Shown: one piece after another, positions 47,469 through 57,588 of the stretch | Layout: every line of letters starts with the position of its first letter | Position numbering within the stretch: position 1 is the stretch's first letter | Source of the DNA: Candidatus Bathyarchaeia archaeon | Lineage (GTDB): Archaea > Thermoproteota > Bathyarchaeia > Bathyarchaeales > Bathycorpusculaceae | Length of the DNA: 64,000 nt | NCBI GenBank assembly: GCA_038882975.1 | Contig: JAVZNE010000002.1 | Coordinates: 96,001-160,000 of the forward strand | Reading direction: 5' to 3' | Notes under the pieces: model-generated | The model's database searches: none | Told to the model about the DNA's origin: nothing | What the model saw: the letters and a program-made list of their open reading frames with translations, nothing else | Translations under genes and position numbers: made by a program

Positions 47469-47752
47469 CGGCGAGAAGCCGAATGTAAAATCTCTATCCT
47501 TTGGACAGAATTCAAGTGGATAAATATTTCACTGCGCTCCTCTCTACTTGCAACTTGTGGGATAGGCTGAGCAATTGTTGCACGTAGGACTATGGCTTCC
47601 GCATTTGAAAGCCATATTCCGGCTGGCTCGCGGGTTACCGCCGCCAAAGTGCCTTCAAAGCCATAGGAGGGGTCTAAAATAACGCGGACGCTTTTCCCAA
47701 GGTTTTTCTCGAGCATGTGGAATATTGTTGGGGGCAAGGTTTGCTCGGGCAT
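47465..47752 (-). CDS. Divergent Sm/Lsm-fold protein
   Basis: LEKNLGKSVRVIL...FEGTL...IWLSNAE...EIFIHLNSVQRIE resembles Sm1/Sm2 motifs. Confidence 0.55.
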   Translation of the reverse strand: MPEQTLPPTIFHMLEKNLGKSVRVILDPSYGFEGTLAAVTREPAGIWLSNAEAIVLRATIAQPIPQVASREERSEIFIHLNSVQRIEILHSASRR

Positions 47753-47924
47753 AGCACCAGCAAAACCTATAAGTGGTGGTTCAAGGATAAAACACTTGCC
47801 CCTCAAAGCAACATTCGGTGCAACCTTAAGGCAACTTTCTTTTAAACTACTTTATTTTTTCTCCCAATTTATGCAACACTTTAATATGCCTATGCGCCTT
47901 CAGAAACTCTTTGAGCGGGTATAC

Positions 47925-49742
47925 GTGGCCAACGATGCCTCTTTCAACCAGTATTTAGATAGGGCAATTAAGCATTACAAATCGCTTTTCAGACTCCCAT
48001 CATACAAGAGAATAATTCTACTTCTAGCCGTGTTATGCATCTTCTGTGGCCTTTTATCAACTTTTAACTTCTCCCTCTCACCTGTAGGGCTGGCCTACGG
48101 GCTGCTTCTCGGTTTCGCACTTTTTTCCGTAACGCTACTTACAGATCGTTTTACGCTGTTTCTTTTTAAAGGAGATCCAATTTACGACCGGAGAAGAACT
48201 GCTGCTCTTTCCTTATTTTGTTGGGCTTTGTGGCTTCTTTTCATTTTTATAGGCTATGTTGTGTCTTCTTTCGCGGTTTTTCCCCGATGGACGATTAGAC
48301 TTTGCCTCCTAGGTTTTTCTGCTGTTTTAACATTCCGCGTCATCGTCTTATACTCAACATCTTCCGTGAATCATCAACGCTTTTTGTTAGTCTCTATTCT
48401 CCAGCCATTTCTATCTCTCATTCCATTTACCTTATCATGGTGGCTGAACGGCACTAATATTACGGCTATCTTGGGCTTTTCAGCTATTGCCTTAGCCGCG
48501 GCTTTCACCTCAAGCTTCTCTTTCATTTTTCTCTTGAATCTTGTTGGAAAACGCTCCGTCGGTGAGGAATCAATCCCCATTTTTAAAGCTTTTCTGCTGA
48601 ACTGGGTTACGGACTTAAACGTCCCCTTTGAGACTTTCCTTGAAAAGTTAAGCGAAGAACATGATGTTGAGGTTTCAATATTAAAGTTTGAGGGCTCAAA
48701 CTCTAGAACGTTCATGGTTGTTCCGTCGGTGCATCCCGGCCCGTTTAAAAATGTCGGGAGCAGCCTTTTGCCTTTCATGCTTAAAGTGGCTTTGGAGCAA
48801 AAATTTGGCGGCGTTGCATGTGTGCCGTTGGGATTGCTGGGTCACGAGCTTGATGCGGCATCCCAAAGTCAAGTTCAGCGGATAATTGCTGGTGCCCTTG
48901 AATCGGCAAACTTTAGAGTGAAAGAGGCTAAAGCCACGCCTTTCATTAAGGTCAGCGATGGCTTAGCCACTGTCTGCTGCCAAATTTTCGGTAAAACCGC
49001 CTTAATTTCGTTTTCTCTGGCTCCAAAAACAACTGAAGATTTCCCCAAAGAATTAGGCGACGCGGTTCGGAAAGAAGCCGAAAAACTTGGTTTGGAATCA
49101 TGCATTACCATCAACGCGCATAACAGCATAGACGGTATTATAAATGTGCAGACGGCATTAGATGCTTTGAAAAACGTTGCGACTGTTTGTCTAAAAAAGG
49201 CATCTTCTGCACGCTTTGCCCCATTTAAAATGGGTGCTTCAACCGTTATGCCAAAAGAGTTCAGCCTAAAGGATGGTATGGGCCCGGGTGGCATAACGGT
49301 GGTGGCTGTTGAGGTTGGCTCTCAGAGAATTGCCTACGTGGTTGTTGATGGCAACAACATGGTTTCTGGTTTGCGGGAAAAAATTTTGGATGCCCTTAAG
49401 CCTTTGGGCTTTTCTGATGGTGAAGTTTTCACTACGGATACTCATGCTGTTAATGCTGTTACGTTTAATAGGCGTGGATATCATCCCGTCGGCGAGGCTA
49501 TTAGCCACGAGAAGCTTGTTGGCTACATTGTTGAAGCTGCAAAGGGCGCGGTGGCAGGCATAGAACCAGTTAGGTCTGGGCACAGAAGCACGCTTATTCT
49601 GAAGGTAAGGGTCATCGGGCAGAGACCACTGGAGAAATTATGTATGCTTACTGACAAGGTTATTCAAACTGCAAAGAGGATAATTGTTCCCTTATTTGGT
49701 GCAACTTTTCTAGTTTTGATGTTGATTTTGCTTCATATCTAG
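47925..49742 (+). CDS. DUF2070 family membrane protein
   Basis: N-terminal TM helices; VHPGPF, HELD, AHNS, DGNNM, TTDTH motifs; start uncertain (47870-47925). Confidence 0.8.
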   Translation: MANDASFNQYLDRAIKHYKSLFRLPSYKRIILLLAVLCIFCGLLSTFNFSLSPVGLAYGLLLGFALFSVTLLTDRFTLFLFKGDPIYDRRRTAALSLFCWALWLLFIFIGYVVSSFAVFPRWTIRLCLLGFSAVLTFRVIVLYSTSSVNHQRFLLVSILQPFLSLIPFTLSWWLNGTNITAILGFSAIALAAAFTSSFSFIFLLNLVGKRSVGEESIPIFKAFLLNWVTDLNVPFETFLEKLSEEHDVEVSILKFEGSNSRTFMVVPSVHPGPFKNVGSSLLPFMLKVALEQKFGGVACVPLGLLGHELDAASQSQVQRIIAGALESANFRVKEAKATPFIKVSDGLATVCCQIFGKTALISFSLAPKTTEDFPKELGDAVRKEAEKLGLESCITINAHNSIDGIINVQTALDALKNVATVCLKKASSARFAPFKMGASTVMPKEFSLKDGMGPGGITVVAVEVGSQRIAYVVVDGNNMVSGLREKILDALKPLGFSDGEVFTTDTHAVNAVTFNRRGYHPVGEAISHEKLVGYIVEAAKGAVAGIEPVRSGHRSTLILKVRVIGQRPLEKLCMLTDKVIQTAKRIIVPLFGATFLVLMLILLHI

Positions 49743-49793
49743 CTAAACACTAATAAGGGGAGCTATTCAAACCTTCCAATTCTCAAGAAAGGG

Positions 49794-50360
49794 TTGAAAA
49801 GCTTGCTTAGGGAAATTAGAATACATGGTCGAGGCGGGCAAGGCGCCGTCACTGCTGCACAACTGTTAGCCCACGCGGCTCACATCGAGGGTAAGCATGT
49901 TCAAGCCTTCCCATATTTTGGGGCTGAACGCAGAGGCGCCCCAGTTAAAGCCTTTGCCAGAATAAGTGACGCACCCATTCTTCTTCACAGCCAAGTTTAC
50001 AACCCAGACTATGTGGTGGTTTTAGACTCGCAGCTTTACAAAATAATAGATGTTGTTGAAGGTCTAAAAAAGGAAGGGGTTATAGTTATAAACACGACGA
50101 AGAAGCCAGACGAGTTAGGTTTGAAGGACTGGCGGGTTGCCACCGTTGACGCTACTGGTATTGCTCTGGAACTGAATCTCCGTGTGGCTGGTTTACCAGT
50201 GGTTAACACTTCAATTTTGGGGGCTTTTGCGGGGGCAACCGGTGAGGTTCGGTTGGAAAGTGTTTTAAAAGCTATAAAGGAGAATTGGCGGGGCAGCGCT
50301 GGGGAGAAGAATGCCCGTGCCGCTGAGCTTGCCTACGAGCGCCTAATTAAAGGATGGTGA
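49794..50360 (+). CDS. porC: Pyruvate/2-oxoacid:ferredoxin oxidoreductase gamma subunit
   Basis: [20 protein letters not shown]. Confidence 0.92.
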   Translation: MKSLLREIRIHGRGGQGAVTAAQLLAHAAHIEGKHVQAFPYFGAERRGAPVKAFARISDAPILLHSQVYNPDYVVVLDSQLYKIIDVVEGLKKEGVIVINTTKKPDELGLKDWRVATVDATGIALELNLRVAGLPVVNTSILGAFAGATGEVRLESVLKAIKENWRGSAGEKNARAAELAYERLIKGW

Positions 50361-50364
50361 AAAG

Positions 50365-50646
50365 ATGATTGTTCCCAAATCGCGTAAAGACATGCCTCTC
50401 ACGCCAATATCTTATCCAACCTTTGGAAGTATGGGAAAAACCGGGTCTTGGAGAACCTTCCGCCCCATAATAGACTATTCAAAATGCACAAAATGCACAC
50501 TCTGCTGGGTTTACTGTCCAGACGCGGCCATAACAAGACGTGATGACGACTCTCCGGAAATTGACTACGAATATTGTAAGGGTTGTGGCATATGCGCAAA
50601 CGAATGCCCAGTTAAAGCAATAACGATGAAGAGGGAGGAGGAATAA
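50365..50646 (+). CDS. porD: 2-oxoacid:ferredoxin oxidoreductase delta subunit (2x[4Fe-4S])
   Basis: TGSWRTFRP, CTKCTLCWVYCPD, CKGCGICANECP. Confidence 0.93.
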   Translation: MIVPKSRKDMPLTPISYPTFGSMGKTGSWRTFRPIIDYSKCTKCTLCWVYCPDAAITRRDDDSPEIDYEYCKGCGICANECPVKAITMKREEE

Positions 50647-51824
50647 TGGCGCAAATCATAATTGACACAGCAAACCACATTGCTGGCTACGCTGCCAAAG
50701 CCGCAAGAGTCAAAGTTGTTGCCGCATACCCCATAACCCCACAAACAACCGTTGTGGAGAAAATCGCCGAATTTGTTGAAAGTGGCCAAATGGACGCCGA
50801 ATACATTCGAGTGGAATCTGAGCACAGCGCCATGGCCGCTTGCATAGGCGCCGCAGCAGCCGGTGTCAGGACGTTTACGGCGACTTCAGCTCACGGATTG
50901 GCTTTGATGCATGAGGCTTTACACTGGGCTTCTGGTGCTCGTTTGCCAATTGTTATGGCTGTTGTTAATCGTGCAATGGGGGCGCCTTGGAGCATCTGGC
51001 CTGACCTCAGCGATTCACTTTCGCAACGAGACACTGGGTGGATTCAGTTTTATTGTGCTGACAACCAAGAGGTTTTCGACACCATTATTCAAGCTTATAG
51101 AATATGCGAGGATGAGCGGGTTTTTCTGCCAGCCATGGTCTGCCTCGAAGGATTTCTCTTATCCCATACATACATGCCTGTAAAAATTCATGACCAGGAG
51201 GAGATAGACGCCTTTCTGCCACCCTACAAGTCAGGGTGGATTTTAGACGTAAACAACCCATTCTCTCATGCGAATCTCGTTTCACCAGAATGGTATATGG
51301 AGTTCCGCTATATGATACAAGAGGCTATGGAAAATGCCAAACAGCTGATACCCAAAGTTGACAAGGAGTATGGAAGACGCTTCGGCCTCCAATATGGCGG
51401 GCTCATTGACAAATACAAGTGTGAAGATGCGGATTTAATCATCTGCACAATGGGGACTATGGGGAGCGAAGCCAAAATAGCCGTTGACCACCTTAGAGAA
51501 GAGGGCTTAAAAGTTGGAGCTGCGAGAATTAGGGTTTACCGCCCCTTCCCGGTTGAAGAAGTCAGAAAGCTTGCCGAGCAAGCCAGCATCATTGCCGCAA
51601 TAGACCGCCACATATCCTTCGGGATGGAAGGCTTTCTCGCGTCAGAAATTAAGGCTTCGCTTTACCACATGGAGGACAAGCCTCTGCTAGCTGGCTTCAT
51701 CGCAGGTTTAGGTGGGCGGGATGTGACGTTCAAAACCATCGAGGAAATTGCCGGAAAATCGCTGAAGTGGATGAAAGCGGGGAGGGTTGAGAAAGAAACT
51801 GTATGGGTTGATTTGAGGGAGTGA
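50646..51824 (+). CDS. porA: 2-oxoacid:ferredoxin oxidoreductase alpha subunit
   Basis: AYPITPQT, VESEHSA, GLGGRD. Confidence 0.93.
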   Translation: MAQIIIDTANHIAGYAAKAARVKVVAAYPITPQTTVVEKIAEFVESGQMDAEYIRVESEHSAMAACIGAAAAGVRTFTATSAHGLALMHEALHWASGARLPIVMAVVNRAMGAPWSIWPDLSDSLSQRDTGWIQFYCADNQEVFDTIIQAYRICEDERVFLPAMVCLEGFLLSHTYMPVKIHDQEEIDAFLPPYKSGWILDVNNPFSHANLVSPEWYMEFRYMIQEAMENAKQLIPKVDKEYGRRFGLQYGGLIDKYKCEDADLIICTMGTMGSEAKIAVDHLREEGLKVGAARIRVYRPFPVEEVRKLAEQASIIAAIDRHISFGMEGFLASEIKASLYHMEDKPLLAGFIAGLGGRDVTFKTIEEIAGKSLKWMKAGRVEKETVWVDLRE

Positions 51825-52732
51825 AGATTATGGTTACAATTAAAGAGTTTCCGAAGGAGGAGTATCTGCTTAAAGGACATGCGGCTTGCGCTGGATGCGG
51901 TCCATCAATAGCTCTTCGCCTCCTTTTCAAAGCCCTTGGAAACAAGGTCATCATGGTTGTGCCTGCGTGCTGTACCACAGTTATCCAAGGGCCATATCCA
52001 TATACTTCCTTTGCAGTCCCCCTTCAGAACATGCTTTTTGAGGCTACTGGTGCCACTTGTTCTGGGATAGTGGCAGCTCTAAAAATTCGAGGTTTGGAAG
52101 ACATAACGGTGGTGGGGTGGGCTGGTGACGGGGGAACGGTTGACATAGGCATACAAGCCCTATCTGGTGCTGCTGAGCGGGAAACCAACTTCATTTACAT
52201 ATGCTATGACAATGAGGCTTATGGGAATACGGGGCTTCAAAGGAGTGGAGCCACACCTTATGGTGCTTGGACAACCACGACGCCCACTGGTAAGAGGGAG
52301 AGGAAGAAGAACATGCCCCTAATAATGGCTGCTCATAAGATACCTTATGTCGCCACTGCATGTCCCTCCTATCCAGTGGATTTCGTTAACAAGTTGAGGA
52401 AAGCTAGAGAAATTAGGGGAACCAAGTACATCCATGTTTTGACTCCTTGCCCCACTGGTTGGCGCTACGACACCAGCAAAACTGTGGAAATTGGACGGCT
52501 TGCTGTTCAAACCGGCATATGGGCTCTTTACGAGATTGAAAATGGAAGGTTTAGGCTTAACTCTCCCAGCGACCGCTTAATTGATAAGTCGAAACGTAAG
52601 CCGGTTAGGGAATATTTGGCTATGCAGGATAGATTCCGCCACTTAACAGAGGCTGACATTGAAAAGATTCAGCAATGGGTTGACGAAGACTGGGAATACT
52701 ACCGAAAATTAGCCTCCAACGAGTGTGTCTGA
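51821..52732 (+). CDS. porB: 2-oxoacid:ferredoxin oxidoreductase beta subunit
   Basis: ACAGCG, GDGG...DNEAYGNTG TPP motif, PCPTGW. Confidence 0.93.
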   Translation: MKIMVTIKEFPKEEYLLKGHAACAGCGPSIALRLLFKALGNKVIMVVPACCTTVIQGPYPYTSFAVPLQNMLFEATGATCSGIVAALKIRGLEDITVVGWAGDGGTVDIGIQALSGAAERETNFIYICYDNEAYGNTGLQRSGATPYGAWTTTTPTGKRERKKNMPLIMAAHKIPYVATACPSYPVDFVNKLRKAREIRGTKYIHVLTPCPTGWRYDTSKTVEIGRLAVQTGIWALYEIENGRFRLNSPSDRLIDKSKRKPVREYLAMQDRFRHLTEADIEKIQQWVDEDWEYYRKLASNECV

Positions 52733-52822
52733 TTTAACCGCGCACGGAAAAATATAAGAACTCCAACATAATAATGATACCATTACACAACTGCCATCAT
52801 AGAGTTTAGATGCAGAAGGAGG

Positions 52823-53161
52823 TTGGATATGTCGGAGGAAAAACCTAAGAAAGCCGCCAAAGAAGAAAAAGCCGCCAAACCAGCACAAGCAAACGAGAAC
52901 ACTGTGCTGATCGGCAAAAAACCAATAATGAACTACGTGGTCGCCTGCCTAACCTTTTTCAATTCTGGTGCTCAAAAAATTGTTGTAAAGGCTAGGGGGC
53001 GGGCGATCAGCAGAGCAGTCGACACCGTTGAATTGTTGAGGAGGGCTTTCATGAAAGACCTGCAGCTGAAAGAGATCAAGATAGGCACAGAGGAAGTCGC
53101 TCGCGGCGAGGGACAGAAAACCAACGTTTCAACCATCGAAATAACCGTTGCAAAGCCATAA
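52823..53161 (+). CDS. albA: DNA/RNA-binding protein Alba with Lys/Glu/Ala-rich N-terminal extension
   Basis: IGKKPIMNYV, KARGRAISRAVD, VSTIEI. Confidence 0.95.
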   Translation: MDMSEEKPKKAAKEEKAAKPAQANENTVLIGKKPIMNYVVACLTFFNSGAQKIVVKARGRAISRAVDTVELLRRAFMKDLQLKEIKIGTEEVARGEGQKTNVSTIEITVAKP

Positions 53162-53296
53162 GAGGCTTACAAAACCCGCTCATATTCGCGCAAAACCATA
53201 CGCTGTGTTAACTGACTATTTTGTATTGTAAATGATTTTTGGCAAGATTTACAGATAGTTATATATAACTTATTCTGGCTAAATGGGTAATCCCAC

Positions 53297-54643
53297 TTGG
53301 TGAGGCGTATGGCTGGTTATCCGAAAATTGTTGTAACCCCACCGGGACCAAAGGCGAGGGAACTTGTGAAAAAGGATGAGAGGTTTATTTCGCCTTCCTA
53401 TGTGCGTTTCTATCCTCTTGTGGTTGAGTCTGGCAAAGGCTGCATTGTCCGCGACGTCGACGGAAATGAGTACATCGATTTTAACTCTGGGCTGGCGTGC
53501 TTAAACGTTGGGCATAACCATCCAAAAGTGATTGAAGCCATTAAAAGGCAGTGCGACCGCTTCCTTCATTACTCAAACACAGACTTCTACTATAACGAGG
53601 TTATCGCGCTTGCTGAAAGGCTTGCGGAAATCACACCGGGAAACTTTGAGAAAAAAGTTTACTTCGGCAACAGCGGAACAGAAGCTATTGAAGCGGCTAT
53701 TAAGCTGGCAAAGTGGCACACGCGGAAACAGCTTTTCATAGCTTTCATTAACGCCTTTCACGGGCGGACAATCGGCTCATTGTCTTTAACGGCGAGTAAG
53801 CCAGCTCAAAGACGGTACTTCTTCCCCTTAATGCCAGGCGTAAACCATGTTCCATACCCGTACTGTTACCGTTGCCCCTTTAAACAGACCTATCCTGACT
53901 GCCACTACTGGTGTGTCGACTTCATAGACGAGTTTGTACTGCAAAAATATGCACCACCAGAAGATGTAGCAGCAATTGTTTTCGAGCCAATTCAAGGTGA
54001 AGGCGGATATGTTGTTCCACCACCAGAATACTTCCAACGCCTAAAGAAGCTTGCCGACAAATATGGCATCTTGTTAATAGATGATGAGGTTCAGTCTGGA
54101 ATGGGTAGAACTGGAAAATGGTTCGCCATTGAGCACTGGAATGTTGAGCCGGACATTGTATGCAGCGCTAAGGCATTAGCTTCTGGTCTGCCACTCGGTG
54201 CAACCATTGCAAAGGCGAAAATCATGGATTGGGTTGGCGGCTCCCACGCCAGCACTTTCGGCGGAAACCCGCTATCATGTGTTGCAGCAATAGCGGTTAT
54301 AGACGCCATTAAAGAGGAACGGCTGTTGGAGAACGCCATCAAACAGGGAACTTATATCCTCAAAAGACTTGAGGAGTTGAAGGAGAAAAGCGAAATAGTT
54401 GGAGACGTCAGAGGCAAGGGCTTAATGATTGGCATCGAATTTGTGGAAGACAAAGACGGCAAGAAACCAGCGCCCCAAAAGGCAAGTGAAATTATGATGC
54501 GGTCATGGAAACGCGGAGTAGCCGTTATAACATGCGGGATTTCAACACTGCGGATTATGCCACCCCTCAACATTACAAGGGAGCTTGTAGACGCTGGGCT
54601 GGAGATAATTGAAGACGTTGTAAAGGAAGTTGAAAAGGAATAG
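53297..54643 (+). CDS. Class III PLP aminotransferase (acetylornithine/4-aminobutyrate type)
   Basis: NSGTEA, FHGRT, EPIQGEGG, DEVQSGMGRTG, SAKALASG, STFGGNP. Confidence 0.92.
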   Translation: MVRRMAGYPKIVVTPPGPKARELVKKDERFISPSYVRFYPLVVESGKGCIVRDVDGNEYIDFNSGLACLNVGHNHPKVIEAIKRQCDRFLHYSNTDFYYNEVIALAERLAEITPGNFEKKVYFGNSGTEAIEAAIKLAKWHTRKQLFIAFINAFHGRTIGSLSLTASKPAQRRYFFPLMPGVNHVPYPYCYRCPFKQTYPDCHYWCVDFIDEFVLQKYAPPEDVAAIVFEPIQGEGGYVVPPPEYFQRLKKLADKYGILLIDDEVQSGMGRTGKWFAIEHWNVEPDIVCSAKALASGLPLGATIAKAKIMDWVGGSHASTFGGNPLSCVAAIAVIDAIKEERLLENAIKQGTYILKRLEELKEKSEIVGDVRGKGLMIGIEFVEDKDGKKPAPQKASEIMMRSWKRGVAVITCGISTLRIMPPLNITRELVDAGLEIIEDVVKEVEKE

Positions 54644-54661
54644 TAGAGGCCAAACCTTTCC

Positions 54662-55090
54662 ATGGAAATTCGAGAATTAACAATAGACTACTATGAAGAG
54701 CTTATCAATCTTTGGCGTAGGGCAGGTTTACCTTTCAAACCAAAGGGGAGAGACAGCAAAGAAGCCATAGCGAAGCAGATAAGCGCAACCCCGGAATTCT
54801 TCTTGGGGGCATTTGAAAATGGACGGTTGATCGGTGCAGTTATTATCAGTTCCGATGGGCGAAAAGGTTGGATAAACCGCCTTGCTGTAGACCCAGATTT
54901 TAGGCGTCGCGGTGTCGCTAGTGCCTTAATTGCCGAGGCTGAAAGGATTCTCAGAAATCAAGGCATCAAAATTTTCTGTGCACTAATTGAGGATGAGAAT
55001 AGGGCTTCTAAAAGGCTTTTCAGAAAATGTGGGTATGTGGAGCATCGCGATATAATCTACTTTAGCAAGCGCGAATCCGATGATGTCTAG
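54662..55090 (+). CDS. GNAT acetyltransferase
   Basis: LAVDPDFRRRGVA acetyl-CoA motif; DGRKGWI. Confidence 0.88.
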   Translation: MEIRELTIDYYEELINLWRRAGLPFKPKGRDSKEAIAKQISATPEFFLGAFENGRLIGAVIISSDGRKGWINRLAVDPDFRRRGVASALIAEAERILRNQGIKIFCALIEDENRASKRLFRKCGYVEHRDIIYFSKRESDDV

Positions 55091-55662
55091 AAGCTGGAAG
55101 GCTTTGCTATAACTTCTTTTATTTTTAAATCGAAGAATCTTGCACTGTTCGCTGGCTGTATACGCAGCGCTGTGTCAGCACCCTTGCCAGTTCCAGCTAT
55201 GGCTATAACGTCTCTGTCAACCGGAATTAGCCCAGCATCGGCCGCCATGAGAACAATTTCCACGCCCACCTTAGTTCCTTCACCCATAAGCCTAAGAACA
55301 TTCGCGATAAGCTCAAGGGGCTGAAGGGTTCCAAAATCCTTCCGTATGGCTCGCTCAGCACTGCTGAGGGCGTGGGTCCCCGTGAAAATTTTACCTCCAT
55401 TTTTTAGGATTTCTTTTTTAAACTCCTCCCTTAGTTCACTTTCTCCCGGTTTTTGGAAGCCAACATGGTGGGTTACAACAACAATATTGTAGCCCTTGAA
55501 AATTTTTGAGGCTTTTGCTCCAGTTTCGCCTGTTGTTGATGCAACAACGATGTCTCTTATGCCCTCTTTTTCAGCATACTCCTTAACGATTTCCAGCAGC
55601 GTGTCCGTGTTCGCCTTCCCAACACTTTTGAAATATGCAACTTTTCTTTCAATGTAACTCAT
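55087..55662 (-). CDS. Pyruvate-kinase C-terminal-like domain protein
   Basis: VVASTTGETG, VVVTHH, GTKVGVEIVLMAADAG, GTGKGADTA. Confidence 0.8.
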   Translation of the reverse strand: MSYIERKVAYFKSVGKANTDTLLEIVKEYAEKEGIRDIVVASTTGETGAKASKIFKGYNIVVVTHHVGFQKPGESELREEFKKEILKNGGKIFTGTHALSSAERAIRKDFGTLQPLELIANVLRLMGEGTKVGVEIVLMAADAGLIPVDRDVIAIAGTGKGADTALRIQPANSARFFDLKIKEVIAKPSSF

Positions 55663-55672
55663 TTCATCTCAC

Positions 55673-56212
55673 CTAATCAGCCTTACTCTTTTGTGAAGTT
55701 CTTCTTAGCGGTTTCCTTTTAAGCTCTGTGCCGCAGACTTGGCATTTCCTTGACTTGTAATCTGAAGGATATTTTCTGTGGCATGCGGGACAGTATCTCA
55801 CCCATTTCAGCATTGTGCGTATGCCAAAGGTTGCGAGGGATGCAAACTCTATGCCTAAATATCGAGCAACATTTTGGATGGAATAATCGTCCGTAGCCAC
55901 CAGTGGCGTGTAACCCCGCGTTTTTAACTGTAAAGCCAAAGCCAAAACTTGTACGTCTGTTTCAGAAAGCCAGAAAGCATCACCAACGGCTTCAGACACC
56001 GCCTTAACCTTGTCAATAAAGGCTTCTCCTGGCGTCTGAATTTTTAATCGTCCACTTTCGATGGCTATTTTGAACCTTATTCTGGCTATGTGGCTTCCTG
56101 CCACTTCATCCCTAACCATTGGAACCGTATATTGCTCTTCACTTATCAAGAATGGGTCAAAGCCAGCCACAAAAGCCGAGGTGTCTAAAACAACAACTCT
56201 TTTGCCAGCAAT
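55673..56212 (-). CDS. nob1: Nob1-like PIN-domain rRNA maturation endonuclease with Zn ribbon
   Basis: VVVLDTSAF (upstream of track start), LSETD, TDDYSIQNVA, CPAC...CQVCG; needs a non-canonical start (ATT at 56212 proposed). Confidence 0.85.
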   Translation of the reverse strand: MAGKRVVVLDTSAFVAGFDPFLISEEQYTVPMVRDEVAGSHIARIRFKIAIESGRLKIQTPGEAFIDKVKAVSEAVGDAFWLSETDVQVLALALQLKTRGYTPLVATDDYSIQNVARYLGIEFASLATFGIRTMLKWVRYCPACHRKYPSDYKSRKCQVCGTELKRKPLRRTSQKSKAD

Positions 56213-56217
56213 TACCG

Positions 56218-57066
56218 TTAGATTTTTCCCCCAAACCCGCGAAAGACGAGCCTACTTCTTAAACGGTTGTAGAAGTTTTCCCTAAACCTGATGAAGGCTG
56301 TCTCATTTTTTGAGCGTGTGACCGTTATGCATGGATTTTTGGAATCCAAAACATGCTTATGTGCTCCGTCAACAACAACCATTATCCTTTTAGGTCTTAA
56401 AACGGTCACCGTGATTTTTGAGTCGCTTGGGAAAACCAGCGAGCGTAAAACGCTTAGGGAACATATCGGCGTCAAAACAAAAGCATCAACGTTTGGGTCT
56501 AGAACCGGTCCTCCGGCTGAAAGTGAATAACCCGTCGACCCCGTTTGGGTGGCTACCATTAACCCATCTGCTTGGCAGTCTAAAACGTGCTCACCATTCT
56601 TTGAAACTTTGGCGTATAGTAGTTTTACTGGCTCGTCTACGGCTATGAGAACCTCATTTAATGCGTCAGGAATTTTTACATCGTCCGCTGTTATGGCGAG
56701 TTTTGAACATTTTTCCATTATATAGTCGCCTTTGAGGCATCTTTCAACAGCCGTATAAGCCTCTTTTGGCGCGACTTCTGTTAAGAAGCCTCTGACACCC
56801 ATATTTATTGCCAAAATTGGGGGTTCAGGTTTTGGAATTGCGACACATGTCCTTAAAATTGTTCCGTCTCCGCCAATAGTGATTATAAGATCTGTTTTCA
56901 TGTCTTCTAGTGGGCGGAAGTTCCCCCCCTTTTTTACCTTTCCCTTCAACGTTTCCTCAATGTAGACTTCTAAACCTTTTTTTCCTATATACTTCGCTAG
57001 TTCTTCTGCGAGTTTTATGGCTCTTCGCTTGTCGTAGCGGGCCACTATGCCGACGCTTTTGAACAT
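56218..57066 (-). CDS. nadK: NAD kinase
   Basis: GGDGT, GFLTE, ALNE, DGLMVATQTGSTGYSLSAGGP. Confidence 0.95.
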   Translation of the reverse strand: MFKSVGIVARYDKRRAIKLAEELAKYIGKKGLEVYIEETLKGKVKKGGNFRPLEDMKTDLIITIGGDGTILRTCVAIPKPEPPILAINMGVRGFLTEVAPKEAYTAVERCLKGDYIMEKCSKLAITADDVKIPDALNEVLIAVDEPVKLLYAKVSKNGEHVLDCQADGLMVATQTGSTGYSLSAGGPVLDPNVDAFVLTPICSLSVLRSLVFPSDSKITVTVLRPKRIMVVVDGAHKHVLDSKNPCITVTRSKNETAFIRFRENFYNRLRSRLVFRGFGGKI

Positions 57067-57159
57067 TTTTCTCCCTTCGACAGCGAAATCTTTAAACTCA
57101 ACTTATATATGGGTGTTGTTTAAAATTGCTTTGGTGGGGACGTTTAAGCTGGTGATAAT

Positions 57160-57552
57160 GTGAGCAAGCCTGTCGATGTTGGGAGCCTCCGTGAGGGCGG
57201 CTACCTAATAGTTGATGGGGAACCATGCAGAATTGTTGAAATAACAAAATCCAAGCCTGGAAAACATGGCTCTGCGAAGGCGCGGATAGTTGCCATAGGC
57301 GTTTTTGACGGAGTTAAAAGAAGCATTGTTAAGCCAGTGGATGCAACAGCTGAAGTGCCAATAATTGAAAAGAGAAGCGGGCAAATTTTTGCTGTTACAC
57401 CCACAAGTGTCCAAATTATGGACTTAGAAACGTATGAATATTTGGATGCGCCTTACCCGGAAGAAGAGGAGCTTAAGGCTAAGCTGACTCCTGGTGTTGA
57501 AATAGAGTATTGGCGGATACTGGGCAAAGTGAAAATTGTAAGGACAAAATAG
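57160..57552 (+). CDS. eif5a: Translation factor aIF5A
   Basis: SKPGKHGSAK hypusine motif; QIMDLETYE. Confidence 0.97.
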   Translation: MSKPVDVGSLREGGYLIVDGEPCRIVEITKSKPGKHGSAKARIVAIGVFDGVKRSIVKPVDATAEVPIIEKRSGQIFAVTPTSVQIMDLETYEYLDAPYPEEEELKAKLTPGVEIEYWRILGKVKIVRTK

Positions 57553-57588
57553 GCTAGCTACCCTTTTAGATTACCGAGGTCTAGGTTT

